Source: Marsupella aquatica
Taxonomy: Eukaryota > Plantae > Marchantiophyta
Direction: 5' to 3'
Length of the DNA: 64,000 nucleotides
Assembly (NCBI GenBank): GCA_973895155.1
Contig: OZ316899.1
Span: 8,125,241 to 8,189,240, forward strand
Made by a program: the position numbers and the translations under genes. The notes below the pieces were generated by a model that was not told where the DNA came from, did no database searches, and saw only the letters and a program-made list of their open reading frames with translations. The first letter of the stretch is position 1; every line of letters begins with the position of its first letter. This document shows, in pieces, positions 25,818-39,424 of this stretch.

Positions 25818-28800
25818 TGTTGTAACCTAAGTTAACTCTAGCTTATCTAGGACCAAGCCTACTACGGTTAGGTTAAGACCAACTGCCCAACTGCCTTACC
25901 GACCTAAAGGGCTATATGTATATGATGAGGAATGAATGGAAGGATGATTGTTGATGAGCTACAACACGTTATCAGCACAAAGCTAATTTTTTTTCTGGTC
26001 GTTCGCCCGTCCGCGGATTTGGTTTACAAGAGGACCAATCGGGGAAAACACACGATAAGGACAGAAGCGGAAGCAAAAGCGACATCCACCCATTGAGAAT
26101 CAAGGATCCAAGAACGATTTTAGAAGCAGAAATTCAATCCCACACATGCAGACCCGCAGAAGCACAGTGAACAACCAAAAGCTCAAACGATTAAGCAATT
26201 GCACCAGACGGAGAATACACATCGATTGCGGCTCTTATACCCGAATCCAATAGGACAGCGATTAACCAAAACAGGATGTCAATACCGACTAATTCTATTG
26301 AGAAACTCCTATTTCAACCTCTCAGTATAGATGGCGCTAATTACTTATCCTGGACCTTAGACGTTGAAGCCCACCTCGCCGCTAAGGATCTCCAGGACAC
26401 AGTCATAACAGATGCGGGAACAACTCTACAGCAAAAGGCAAAAGCCTTAATACTAATTAGACATCACCTAAGCGACTCCCTGAAAAGGCAATATATGAAT
26501 GAATTCAATCCGCGAATACTCTGGGACGAGCTTCAATCCCGCTTTGATCATACTCGAACGATTTACCTGCCAACGGCGCGACACGACTGGATCAATTTGA
26601 GAGTTCAAGATTACAAGATGATTGCAGAATACAATAGCGAGCTATTCAGGATCGTGGCGTAATTGGCAATTTGTGGTCAACCAGTCAACGACGCCGAGCA
26701 GATCGAAAAGACGTTGTCTACCCTGCATTCCACCAATCTAATACTCTCAACGCAATACCGGAACATGGCCTTTACCAAATACTCCGAACTAATTGCCCAT
26801 ATGCTTCTGGCTGAGAAGCACCAGCTCCTTTTACTACAGAATGCACAAAAGCGTCCCCCAGGAACCCTCCCACCACAAATAACCCCAGAAACCAACTACG
26901 CGACAACACACAGGGGAGAGGGGACATCATCGCAAGGCCGAGGAGGCAATAGAGGGCGAGTCCCCTACCGGGGCCGAGGAGCTAACTCCCAACGCGGAGG
27001 AAGAGGAAACTTTTTCCATGGACGAGGTCGAGGCAGATACCGATACGATGGAGGGAGCTCGAGGAGTACCTGGAAACGAGATAACAACAATCAGCCCCAG
27101 ACGAAGTTCATCCAAGAGCAACACAACTCACGAGATAAACTCGAAAACCCTCCTCTATGTTTTTGCTGTGGAACTAAAGGGCACATTCAGAAACTATGCC
27201 AAGCACCTTCACACCTTGTGGCCCTTTATAAGAAAAGTATCAACACAAACGAACCTGAAACATATGGAACATTTATGGACTCGATGGATATCCTCCCCGA
27301 GATACACATGGCCATAAGGAATTACACAAAAAATCCCGAGGACCCTTCCTATTGCATAATCGATAGCGGAACCTCACACTCAATTCTGAAAAATAAGGAA
27401 CACTTCACACATATAACTCCATCACAGCGGAAAGTCACAACTATAATGGGCCAACATCAACTAGAGGAAGGTTACGGACCTGCAACCGTCATATTACCCA
27501 ATGGCACCGTGATAAAGATAACCTCAGCCATATACGCACCCAAAGCCACTAGAAATCTATTAAGTTTTGGAGACATAAGAGCCAATGACCTACACATACA
27601 GACTGGGAACTCCAACGAACTGGAAGCCCTCCATATAACATCCAAAACACCACAGAAAAATGGGATCCGGGAAACCCTGAAAGCAACCCCTCCCGGCTTC
27701 TATGTTACGAATATACAAAGCTTTTACACCGAGCCTCAACAAAACACCATCACAGAGCTTTGGCACAGGAGACTCGGCCACCCGGGCCTTAACATGTTCC
27801 AGAGAATTATTAAACAAACCAAGGGAATACCACCTTCGGTACACCCTACATCCATGCACGAGCCATGCCTCGCATGCTCACAGGGAAAAATGACAACCAG
27901 GCCTTCCCCATCGACCACCAAAAGTAGAATCCCCAACTTCCTGGAACGTATACACGCAGACGTCTGCGGACCAATTGAACCCCCCAGCGGCCCATTCCGA
28001 TTTTTCTTAGCAGTCATAGATGCATCCACAAAATGGTCCCAAATTTCGCTCCTATCTACCCGGAACTTGGTCTTCCCTCGCCTACTAGCCCACATTCTAA
28101 AATTAAGAGCACAGTTTCCGGACAACCATATCCGAACAATCAGAGTGGACAACGCAGGGGAGTTTACCTCCAAAACCTTTGAAGAATTTTGCACCGCAGC
28201 AGGAATAGATGTGCAGTACCCAGTTCCCCATGTACACTTCCAAAACGGGACTGCGGAATCTTTGATAAAACGCACCCAAACAACTGCACGACCACTACTG
28301 ATGCAGAGTAAGCTTCCCACAACTGCATGGGGACATGCCATCCTCCACTCTGCCACATTACTCAGTTACAGACCGTCAGCATACAACTCCTACTCGCCAC
28401 ACACATTGGCCCTTGGCAACACTCCAAATATATCCCACCTGAGGACCTTCGGCTGCCTAGTGATGGTGCCAATTCTGGGCCCCAAACGCACCAAGATGGG
28501 CCCTCAGAGGCAACCAGGAATATACATCGGATGTGACTCCACATCGATTATCCGATATCTGGAACCTACCACATCGGACGTCTTTAAGGCACGCTTCGTA
28601 GACTGCCATTTCTACGAGGAGACCTTTCCTAAACTACAAACAAAGCAGCAGATGGATAGAGACAAGTCCCTTATCTGGCAAACCCAATCTGCGTTTTGGA
28701 ACGACCCCCGAACCAGCCACACTGACACCAAAGTTCAAAGACTCCTCCACCTCACAAGAATGGTAGAACAACTACTAGACTCATTTGCAGACGCTGCAAA

Positions 28801-31220
28801 AACAACTAGATCACATATCCCGGCGGCCAACACCCCATCAAGAATACAGATGGAAACCCAACCTGCCACAATAACCGCACCACGAGCAAAGCGGGGCCGC
28901 CCACTAGGCTCCACAGACAAACAACCCAGGCAGAGGAGGGGAATCCCATTGCGAAACCCATCACCACCAAACCGGGACTCGGCTCCCCTACAGGCTACTA
29001 CACAAGATGATAACGAGGAGATCGCTATCAACTATGGTAGCACAGGACACATCTGGGACAGAAAGCACACAACAATAGACGAACAATTTGCATTCCACAT
29101 ATCTCAGCAAATACAAGAAGACATACCAGACCCGAAAACAATCCGAGAAGCACAAACCCACCCAGACTGGCCTGAGTGGGAAAAAGCAATCCACTTGGAA
29201 TTAGACTCCCTCATATCACGCCATGTGTTCGGCCCTATTACACCAGCAGCCCCAGGCACTCACCTCACGGGATGCAGATGGACTTTCGTGAAGAAACGAA
29301 ATGCACAGGGGGAGGTGGTCAGACACAAGGCCCGATTGGTAGCAAAGGGATTTACACAAATCCCTGGCCGAGATTACGACCTCACGTACTCTCCTGTGAT
29401 GGACGTAATTACCTACCGCTATCTGATCACCTTCTCCCAACACCACAACCTATCTATGCACCAAATGGACATAGTGACGGCTTACCTATACGGCCACTTG
29501 GATACAGTAATACATATGGAGGCCCCACCAGAATTGATACAACGAGTGGAACACCACAGCAAGGGGGAGCATACAAACGAAGGACAAGATAAACAACAGA
29601 AGAGCACCTTCGACCACACCAACGCGGCAATACTACATAAAATAGCAAAATCAATTGCATTGGGAGCTTCTTCAAAGCAAGAAACACAACCGAAAAATCT
29701 CACCAAACTAACTCGCTTCGCAATACAAGTACTTTGCTCAATGTATGGCCTGAAATAGAGCGGATTGACATGGTATAAGAGATTCAAATCAGAAATGCTA
29801 GCAATGGGATTCACGAATGCAGACATAACACCATGCATATTCATTAAGAAAGAAGGACGAGAACTCATAATCATCGCCATATACGTGGATGATCTGAACT
29901 TATTCGGGACCAGCCGAATCATGCTGGAAACCATTAAATTACTGAAAAGGGCATTCGAGGTGAGAGACTTGGGGCAGACTACATTCTGCCTTGGATTGCA
30001 ATTTGAACACTTGCCCACTGGAATTTTCCTGCATCAATCTACATATACAAGAAAGATATTGAAACAATTTAACATGCAGCAGGCAAAACCAGTCCAATCT
30101 CCAATGGACATTCGCTCCTTGGATAAGGATAAGGACATCTTCCGGAAGAGGAACGAGAATGAGCCACTACTTGGCTCAGAAAAACCATACCTATCTGCTA
30201 TAGGTGTCCTAATGTTTCTCGCCAACCAGACCAAACCTGATCTGGCATTCTCGGTGAACTTACTGGCCTGCCACAGTGCAGCACCAACAATACACCACTG
30301 GAATGGCATCAAGCGAATTTTCCGCTACCTAAGAGGTACCATAGACCTGGGATTATTCTACCCAAAGAACGCACTTACTTACTAACTGGATATGCTGGTG
30401 CAGGATATCTGTCCGACCCTCAAGACGCTAAGTCACAGACATGGTACGTGTTCTTGATGGGGCAAACGGCGATCTCATGGAGGAGCAACAAGCAAACGCT
30501 TACCACAACCTCATCAAACCACTCCGAATAATTGCGTTATACGAAGCCAGCCGCGAGTGTATCTGGTTACGAAACGTGATCAACCACATACATTATAACA
30601 CAGGAACGCCAAGACTGACTGCACCCACACATGTATACAAAGACAACCAACCATGCGTCGATCAAATTCAAACAGGTTTCATCAAGGGTGACAGAACAAA
30701 GCACATTGCCCCGAAGTTCTTCTTTACTAAGGAGCAGCAGAGCAAAAGCATTGAAGTGCACTGGATACCAAGCGAATCAAACTCTGCAGATATGTTTACC
30801 AAAGCCCTACCACCCACTCTCCACAGAAAGCATGCACATTCGATAGGGCTAAGAAACTTATCTCAATTGCAGATAAACTAACCGAACTTGGGATCGCAGT
30901 TGATACACTCACACCATTCAGGGGGAGAGCCGCTCGACCTCCGCCTGATCATAGACAAAAATCAACAGCCTTGCAGCCGAAAGCGCGTTCCAAACCAAGA
31001 ACAACGAGACGACATCGAAATGGCCATCATCGACAATACACGACAAAACATCAGAGGACACCAACGTCCATTAGAATCAACTTTACACACTCTAGCTTAC
31101 CTAGGACCAAGCCTACTACGGTTAGGTTAAGACCAACTGCCCAACTGCCTTACCGACCTAAAGGGCTATATGTATATGATGAGGAATGAATGGAAGGATG
31201 ATTGTTGATGAGCTACAACA
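25818..31220 (+). mobile_element. Ty1/Copia LTR retrotransposon, Bianca-like (Copia-2)
   Basis: 5' LTR 25818-25966 (TGTT..AACA); PBS-like CGTTATCAGCAC; 3' LTR ~31089-31220, missing its first ~17 bp and the PPT; TSD CTTTG at 25813-25817 and 31221-31225. Confidence 0.95.
26276..30881 (+). pseudogene. Copia-2 gag-pol, nearly intact (few stops, frameshifts near the 3' end)
   Basis: ORFs 26276-26662, 26663-29758 and 29765-30385 are in one frame. Motifs CFCCGTKGHIQKLC, CIIDSGTSHS, WHRRLGHP, FLERIHADVCGP, IYVDDL. Confidence 0.95.
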
Positions 31221-31522
31221 CTTTGAGATGTAGTCACCATTTGTGATACCAAATCTCGTCAAGAGGAATGACTCAGTCACCGGGGTGATCTTCCTCATGG
31301 AAGACACCTCCAAGTTAACAACATCACCATTGCTCCTTTGCCAGAATATGACCACCAAAGCCATCGAATTGAGATGAAGATACATTACCAAAGGTAGTGG
31401 TATAGAAGATATGTAAGAATGTCCAAAACTACATCTAACGGGATTAAATGTGAACGTTGAGGGAACGTTGAATAAACAACAAAATGTCCAACGGATACAT
31501 TAAATCAAGGAGATGTAATATA

Positions 31523-32211
31523 GCTAGCGATGTCGCTAGGTAAAACCTCTCAATTTTGATTAACCACTATACATGTCATATTCTATATAGAGAGATCATT
31601 TAGAGACTATTTAGAGACCATTTAGGGACATGTAGGGTATGATATAAAGGAATATTCTGTCAAGCCCTTCATTTTGGGGAAAAGACAAAGGAAATATAGA
31701 AGATTAGTTTTAAAGACTACTTTTTGTCAAACTTCACAAACCAAAACCTTCAACTCAGAAAGAATGTATTGCCAGCGATCTCGCCTGCAAAAATCCAGAC
31801 GGTTCTAGAGGATCCATTGAGTCAATGACTACTACATAAAGTTGTCAAATAAACCCTAGTTATCAGGTCAGCGATGTCGCTAGCAAAATCACCAATATTC
31901 ATCTTATCTCTTTGATGTAGTAAAGGTCAATATCCCTAATATTTTGTTGTCTTATTCAATACCCTAGTTAAGCTAGCGAACTCGCTACCCATAATGGATG
32001 ACCAGGAAACAACGACTGAAAATATATTTTCCATCTAACATCTTTAATGTTTATACTTTCTTTAGACAAATGTTGGTTTGGGGAAAGGCATTTAGAGTCC
32101 CTTAAAATTAAACAAGAATAAGAAACGCTTAAAATTTAGGGTTTACATTCTTTTGTATTAATATATTACCGTTGAAAATCTTATGTCCATTTGGATAGCG
32201 ATCTCGCTGGC
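31523..32211. promoter_or_regulatory. Cluster of five B-type palindromes (GCTAGCGA-NN-TCGCTAGC) upstream of the B transposase; putative protein-binding sites
   Basis: Copies at 31523, 31771, 31867, 31972 and 32194 in AT-rich intergenic DNA. The function is inferred. Confidence 0.6.
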
Positions 32212-32720
32212 TAAAATCTCAAACTATAATGACCCGGAAATATATGGGTATGGTTTACTCATAAGTCTTTCCCAACGGAAACCCAACGGTAAAATAGAAG
32301 GTTGGTCAACGTTAAAATTGATAGTTTCCCGTTAACAACCTCTAAAGGGAACGTCGCATGGACCCAGGTGGCTTTTAATGTCTGCCCAAGCAGGAGAGCT
32401 GAGGAGAGCTGGGGGAGCTGGGAGAGCGAAACATTGTCATTTCTCTTTTCTCTTCCGTTTTTTTGTTTCTAAACTGTCATGCTGAGCTTCACTGATTTGT
32501 CTATTTGTCAGGCCGACGAGAGATTTGAAAAGCTCTGCCTTTGGCCTTTCGAACAAACCGCATATCACCAACTTTAGACTATCTTAGACATAGGTTCAAC
32601 TCGCATAAAGTTTTTTGAACTTCTTTAGTTCCTCCGTTGAAATTGGATAGATTTTGGCTGAATCGTTCGAGCGAGTGGTTGCTTAATCCCTGGTGTATCA
32701 ACAACGCTCTATGGATACAA

Positions 32721-34772
32721 ATGCACACTATGGATTTGGATGATCGTTTTGCTCCATTGGTGGCAGGGGACCGAATCGCTATCCTTATGCCCTTTTTGGC
32801 CGAGGAAATGGGAGGGGACCATCTGATGCCTCTTGGCGGCATGAAGGTGCGCCTCTCTCTCCGGGGCGACGCCCTTGGAGCGGGGATGCGCATGAGAAAT
32901 CCCTACCGGAGAAAGATTCAAGTAGATTTTCTATTCAGGATGCACGTGGTGGTCCAAAAGCAGCACCTTTTGATCTGTTTGATAACTCTCGGGCGCAGAG
33001 GGAAAGAACTCCCTCGGAACGACTTCAACAAAGTGGCCGTTTCATTCCCCGACATGGCACTTCGTGGGCTGACCAAATGGAAGAAGAAACAACGGCACGA
33101 GATGATGCTAGTTTGGCCCCGCCCTTGCCCAGAGGGAAAAATGCAGAAAATGTTGCCAAATCGGATCCAACCATTCCACCATCGATGGAATATAATGACG
33201 CACATGATAGAAATGGAGGTGAGCATAGAGACCATCTGGATACTTCACAGGATCACACGATGGATTACAACTTTCCACACGACGGACTACGCAGTAGAGA
33301 GGAACTTTCAGAGAACTCACAGGACGCCTGCCTGGATATCTTAAGGACTATTGCCTTGAACTCCACAGAGGATTGGCCGGACCAACTTCACACTACCATT
33401 CAGTGGTCAATTGAGGAAGCTACTCTCTCCGTCCAAGAGCTTTACAGTTGCACTATGATGTGCTTCTTCACTGACCGTGCCCCTCTCCTTCCTTCATTTT
33501 GTGATTGGGTGGAAGGAGTTTTCATTAGGGATTTAGGCTGGCCGGTTACACAGATCAAGTATGTTGGGAAGAACTTCTTTATGATCTCTTTCGAATACCC
33601 GGCACACAGAGACGCAGCGTTGGAATTGTCCCCTCTCTTCTTGGATCGGAAAATTGTACACACGTTCCCTTGGGAACCTTCATTCGATGTGAGGAATGAT
33701 TCTTATACCAAGCTGCCAGTTTGGATTGAGATACCCTTTCGAGCTCTTGTTCTTGAAGGTTGTCGTAAAAGGATTGTAGAATCTTTTGGTAAACTTCTTT
33801 ACTACATCCAAGGTGATGTCCGCAACTCTTTTCCTCACGATCGCGCTTGCATTCTTTGGGATACAAGCCATGAAATTCCTCGTAGTGTTGGAATTGAGAT
33901 TACAGAAGACATCACTATTTGGCAGCCGGTCAGATTCAAAAACATTCCTTATCACTGCTTTCGATGCAACAAGAAGGGGCACCTTGCCAAAGAATGCAGA
34001 ATTTTGGAAGAAAATGCCACCTCAACTAAAGATACTAAGGCGACTAAGGCGAACGAAGTAGATGCGGGGGCTAAGCAGCACGATAATGATAGCGGTAACG
34101 GTGCTACCGAACGACACGTGGACTCCGCTATTGACAGTCAGACAAAGCTACCACCTGGCGCTGACACGGTGATTGAATCAACGACAGTGGACGCTGCACT
34201 GGCTGTCTCTCCTCCTGGTGCGGATCTTATGATTGCTGCTAACTCGCTCTCCTCACCACGTTGTAAGCAACGCAAATGAATTTTGTCTCCCCTTACTCAG
34301 AGACAACGCTCTTTTTCAAGCACTGCCAAGCTCAGAAGATGGCCTAGCTGAACATGGGCTTGATCAGGATCCGACTGCCCCTTTGGGGTCTGATAAATTG
34401 GCAGTCCTGATTGAGAATCCTTTGGATCCTCCTTCCACCTCGAACGATGATATGTGCTTACCTGTCATTGGATTAGACACGACTGACCAGCAGTTACCAA
34501 TTGTGGCCAGCGGGGACGAGACAGTATCAGTTCTGGGTGGTTCGGATGTAGAGATGTCTGAATATGAGGAATGCATTTTGAAAAGTCAGCTCAAGAAGGA
34601 TCGTGCCAGGAAACTGGAACTCCGAACTCCTCCGTCTGATCAGAAGAAGAAGAAAGACAAAAAAGCCAATACAAAGAAAGGTCGCTCGATACAATTCTCG
34701 TCTCACGATACTCAAGCTTCTAGCTCTCAGACTCGAACGAGATCCAATTCAAATCACTATCCAACGGCGTAG
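32721..34772 (+). pseudogene. LINE-1 ORF1 (RRM/DUF4283-like region and CCHC knuckle), frameshifted; start uncertain
   Basis: KYVGKNFFMISF...FPWEPSFD...PVWIEIP; CFRCNKKGHLAKEC. Confidence 0.8.
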
Positions 34773-34910
34773 GCTGCATTGGATCTAATCTGGATCGGGC
34801 GGACCTCAGGGAATGCATTTTTTATGGCTGCGCTTTCCTTTGGAAATTTTTGCACTAGAAATAGGAAGCCTTAATCTTTTCCTCATTTTGCGGCACAAGG
34901 ATTCAGGAAC

Positions 34911-37900
34911 ATGGACACTCGTCTCTTTATCGGTTCATGGAATGTTTGTGGCTTATGTGAAGCCAATCGGAAACACATTGTGAAAAACTGGATTACCTCG
35001 CTCAAAACTCCATTGATTGCTCTAGCACTACAAGAGGTTAAAGCTGATAGGTTTCGTTTAGACTTAGCTTTATGTACTATTCTACCTTCCTATCAACATC
35101 TTTCTGCTGAGTCTGATGAGGGCAAGGGCGGCACTTCCCTGCTGATGCACCCTTCGTTTCAAATCACTCAATCCGGTATCATTGACAAGGGCAGAGCAGT
35201 CTGGGTCAAAGGTAAACTTGCAGAAGGACATTTGGGGATTGTGATTATTTATGCTCCCAATACCCCCAGAGAGCGGGCTATTTTGTGGCACGATTTAAAA
35301 ATCACTCTACCTCAGGACAACTGGATCATTTGCAGAGATTTCAACATGGTCGAAAGAAGTTCAGACTCCACCGGTCCTTCACCACTGCTCAAAGGAAGAG
35401 AAGCGGAATTCTGGAGGTTTTTCAAAATGAGATTCGACTTAGAAGATGCTGCCAACGTTACACAAGCCTTTCGGGGTGCGGAATTTACTTGGCGGCGTAT
35501 CATAAACAACAAACTAGTGCAATCTCGACTAGACAAGTTCTATTTTAGTGGAAAAAGCTGGTGGACAGGAGCGATGATCGACCTGCTACATGAAGGTGGA
35601 ACGGCTCTATCTGATCATGACCCAGTTATTCTATGTTTTAGTCTCTCTCCTCCGGCTCTAGAAAGAAATGCAGCACGAAAATCCTCTTTCTTCAAGGCTA
35701 ACGTCGGGCTACTCAAATTGAAAGGATTTATTGACAAACTAGCAGTGGCCTGGACTTTGAGTGGAGTCACGGTTTCAGACCCGCACCTTCGCTTTTATCA
35801 AGCGAATCTATGTTTGAAAGACACATACAAGGAAGTTCAACACACCCCGGGGGATCGCGAGAGGGATGTCTCCCTCCTGCGAGGAAAACTTTGAGTCCTG
35901 AAAGCTGCTCTTATAAACACTTTCACTGATACGGAGCTCAAAGATTATTCTACCATTGAGGACCAGGTCCATGCAGCGGAACACAAAGATGCGCAACTAG
36001 GCAGAAGACTCTCACGGATCAGATGGCTGGGGCAAGGTGATGAACCTTCAAAATTTTACTTCGCCACCATTGAGGCTAAAAGTTCTAGAGAATCGATGCC
36101 TTCTCTTCTGTTAGATAATGGGAACACTATCACTCAGGATGTGTTGATCTTACAAGAAGTAGAGAAGCAGTGCGCTCTTTTGTATGAGGCTCCTGAGGAT
36201 TTGCGTAATAGTGAATCAAGGGAGGTCCGTAATGCTCGGCGCAACTTCTTGCGCATACTCACAAGACTCTCACGGCAGAAGAAATCAGGAAACTAGAATC
36301 TCCGCCGACATTGGAGGAAATCCGTTGCACTCTTTGGCTACTTCCAGCGGACAAAGCTCTTGGTCCCGATGGCATCACTGCTGAGATATACAGATCTTGT
36401 TGGCATTTTATGAAGAATGATCTGTACGACATGATTCTCGACTTTTGGAGAACAGGCACCCTCTTAGCTAATCTGAAGGAAGGTGTGATTAAGTTGATCC
36501 TAAGAAACCTGACAAGCGAAGACTGAAGGATTGGCGCCCTCTAACAATGCTCAACACAATATACAAAATTGTAGCTAAGCTTTTGGCCTTAAGACTTAAA
36601 CCGCTCCTCAATAAGCTCATAAGTCCCCATCAAACCAGTTTTATTCCGGGCCGACATATATTAGAAAATATCTCTATTGCTTGGATGACTGTCAATTGGA
36701 TCTGTTCCTAGAAGACTAGTGCACTTTTCCTGCTTCTTGATTTCGAAAAAGCATTTGACAGAGTATGTCACTCCTATATCTGGGAAGTTATGCATTTACT
36801 CGGTTTGGGTAGCCATTTCATTAGCCTGGTTAGATCCCTGCTTACTGGAGCCTATTCCAAAGTTCACGTCAACGGTATGTTCTCTCAGGACATCAAGATG
36901 CTTAGAGGGGTTCGTCAAGGGTGTCCTCTGTCCCCCCTTCTCTTCGTTATTGCCACTCAACCGCTGATGGATTATTTGGACCACGAGATCCGTCAAGGCA
37001 GTTTCAGAGGCATTCAGGTCTCTGAATCTCTCTTGATCTCTTACAGACTATTTGCAGACGACTTGGGAATGGTTATACCAGCTACCGAAGAGGACTTCAA
37101 GGGACCAACTGAGGCATTAGCCTGCTACAAACTTGCCTTTGGTGCCAAGCTCAATCTTTGCAAATCGACGGTGATTCCCCTAACAACAGAAAATGTTCCC
37201 GAATGGCTTACGAACACTGGATGCAGAATTAGCCTTCCTGGAAAAATTCAGCGATATCTGGGTGCACCTCTTGGATGGGGCTTAACTGCCTCTCGACTTC
37301 ACAAATTCTGTCTTGACAAGCTAAGCGCCAGACTCTCTAGCTGGGCTACTCGTTTTCTATCGTTTACAGGACGCACTATTCTCATTAAACATGTGTTACA
37401 AGCGATACCCATCTATCACATGATGTTCTTGCGCAGCCCTAGCTCACTAGCCAAATCGATGGTTGCCTTATGCCGTGACTTCCTCTGGGGTTACAATGCT
37501 GCTGGTGGTAGAAAGATTCCTCTGATTGCATGGCAAACGATGTCCAGACCCAAAATTGATCTCGGTCTTGGCTTCAAAGATTTTAGAAGTCATTCAAATG
37601 CGCTACTATGCCAATGGTTTACTCGAGCGCTGGATACGAAGCTGTCTGATTAGTCTTCCCTATTTGAAGCGAATCTTCGTATGGCAAAATGGAGGAATCC
37701 GAAACACATTCGGCGGAACAATTACTCTCTTTCCGATCTTTTATTACTCAGTTATCCTCTTTCCTTTGGCCGCCTTCACTACACAGGGGGATTGTGGAAG
37801 GCTTGGGAATCACTACGTTCCCATCTTATTTTCTCCCCGGAAGCATCTAGTGTCGCTAGCTGGTGGAGCATTGAGGACGTACTTAGATGTTTTGAAATCT

Positions 37901-38832
37901 TTCAGCAGCTGGATGATCCTACTCTTTGCTCTATGATTAAGCTATTGGGAAGAATAGGTATCAGGAAAATAGCAGATCTTAGGGGAGAACATGACGTGGT
38001 CTTACATTACTACAATGGCAAACTGTCACGTATCAGAGGTTTTGAGTGGAGGATTCGGGAGCTGTGTCTACTTTTCATTGGGAAAATCCAGGGCATTTCA
38101 GATGCGAGAGGCCCTCTCCGGTTTAGAGCCACACAATGGCGCTGGTCGGACAAGGAGGAGCGGCTGGAATTTTTTTATTTGCCCAATGCACGGATGTATC
38201 ATCTATTGAGACCTAAAGGCTCAGACTTTATCAGGCTCAACAGAATTTGGGGCCATTCACGCTCTGAACAGCAATGGAATAAACTTTGGATCTCTCTATG
38301 GTCAATTGATCTTCCTCTCAAAGCTCGCACCTTTCTCTGGAGAATAGTAGCACAAGGTCTTTTTACTGGGGTTAGAGCTATAAGGATCGGGAAAGGAGAC
38401 GGCCACTGTTTGCTTTGCGCCAACGTTTTGGAGACGATCCCACATCTTTTTCTTTCTTGCTCTTTTGCGCAACGCTGCTGGACTTTGGTTGGTCAAACTT
38501 TTATGGGTACTCTCAACTGGCAACAAGTCGATCTCTTTGCCACTCTGGAACTACGTGGTCACTAGGGAGTCCATAAATCCCTCAAAATCTTCATGATTTT
38601 CCACACAATGTGGACTTTATGGCTGGCTAGAAACGAACAGGTTTTCAACTCTAGACAGACTCATACCTTCAACATGAACCTGGTCTTGTCTGAACTTCTG
38701 GATTCTCTTCATGGTATTTGCAAGGCTTCAGGCCCTAGCAGAAAACATACTAGACTTCTTAGGATTAAAGAATTAGTAGGTACTGAAAAATTGAGATGGA
38801 TTACGCGTACAGATGCTAGGCTCTATAGCTAA
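34911..38832 (+). pseudogene. LINE-1 ORF2 (APE endonuclease, RT, zf-RVT), disrupted
   Basis: SWNVCGL, LQEVK, IYAPN, DFNMV, SRLDKF, SDHDP; KALGPDG, LDFEKAFD, GVRQGCPLSP, LFADD; CLLCANVLETIPHLFLSC. Confidence 0.93.
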
Positions 38833-39424
38833 ACACACACCTTAGGTCGATAGGCAGTGGTATGATACTCTTTTTGGAGTGGTCCTCTTTGACATGGAGT
38901 TTTGGCAGCTACTGACCTTACTTTTTTGTCCTTTTTTGTCCTTTTTTGGCTTTGTCCATTTGCCTTGTTTGGCTTTGGCCCTCCTTCCCGTGGGTTTTCG
39001 CGGGTTTTATTGGAAAAAAAGGGAAAAAAAGGGAACATCGCATGGGGGTTAATGCTGAATATTACGGTTAATATTCTAGTTGCTCAGCGTATTCATGACG
39101 TTCCAACTTCAACCGATGATGTTTAAAAGAGACTTGCATTTTTTTATTGCCATCTGTGAGGGACGTTGGATTATTTCCTGTCAATGTCAGATTCCCAATT
39201 CACAGTATGTGGATTACTTAGGATTCTCCCTCTAATCCAACTTTGGATTCCCAGCTCGGTCCTTTGCTAATCTCGGTTGTTGTCCTCCACTTTACTTTGG
39301 ATACTCTCTCAAATGAGACTTTGGATACTCCCTCTAATCTGACTTTGGATACCAATTAGAAGTCACCGTACTCGCTGCAACGCTTCGTTCGTGTGTTACT
39401 CCCTTCCATTTTCTTTATCAGCCA

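Larger units (their letters stand above)
22498..31364 (-). pseudogene. Element B transposase (GCM-like, DDE, Cys-rich module, SWIM); split by Copia-2 and internally deleted
   Basis: MALVVIF at 31364-31221 resumes at 25817. Motifs KVRCTGVIQCQNLNC, CGFCDERPFCVRSCPAK, HMGFHDHP, WVSFDVMHR, GFMADNAEAG and SWIM CSCPDF...CKH. Confidence 0.88.
32362..39027 (+). mobile_element. Full-length L1-clade LINE (LINE-1) inserted between the divergent genes of element B
   Basis: 18-bp TSD AAAGGGAAC(G/A)TCGCATGG at 32344-32361 and 39028-39045; ORF1 and ORF2; A-rich 3' end. Confidence 0.93.
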
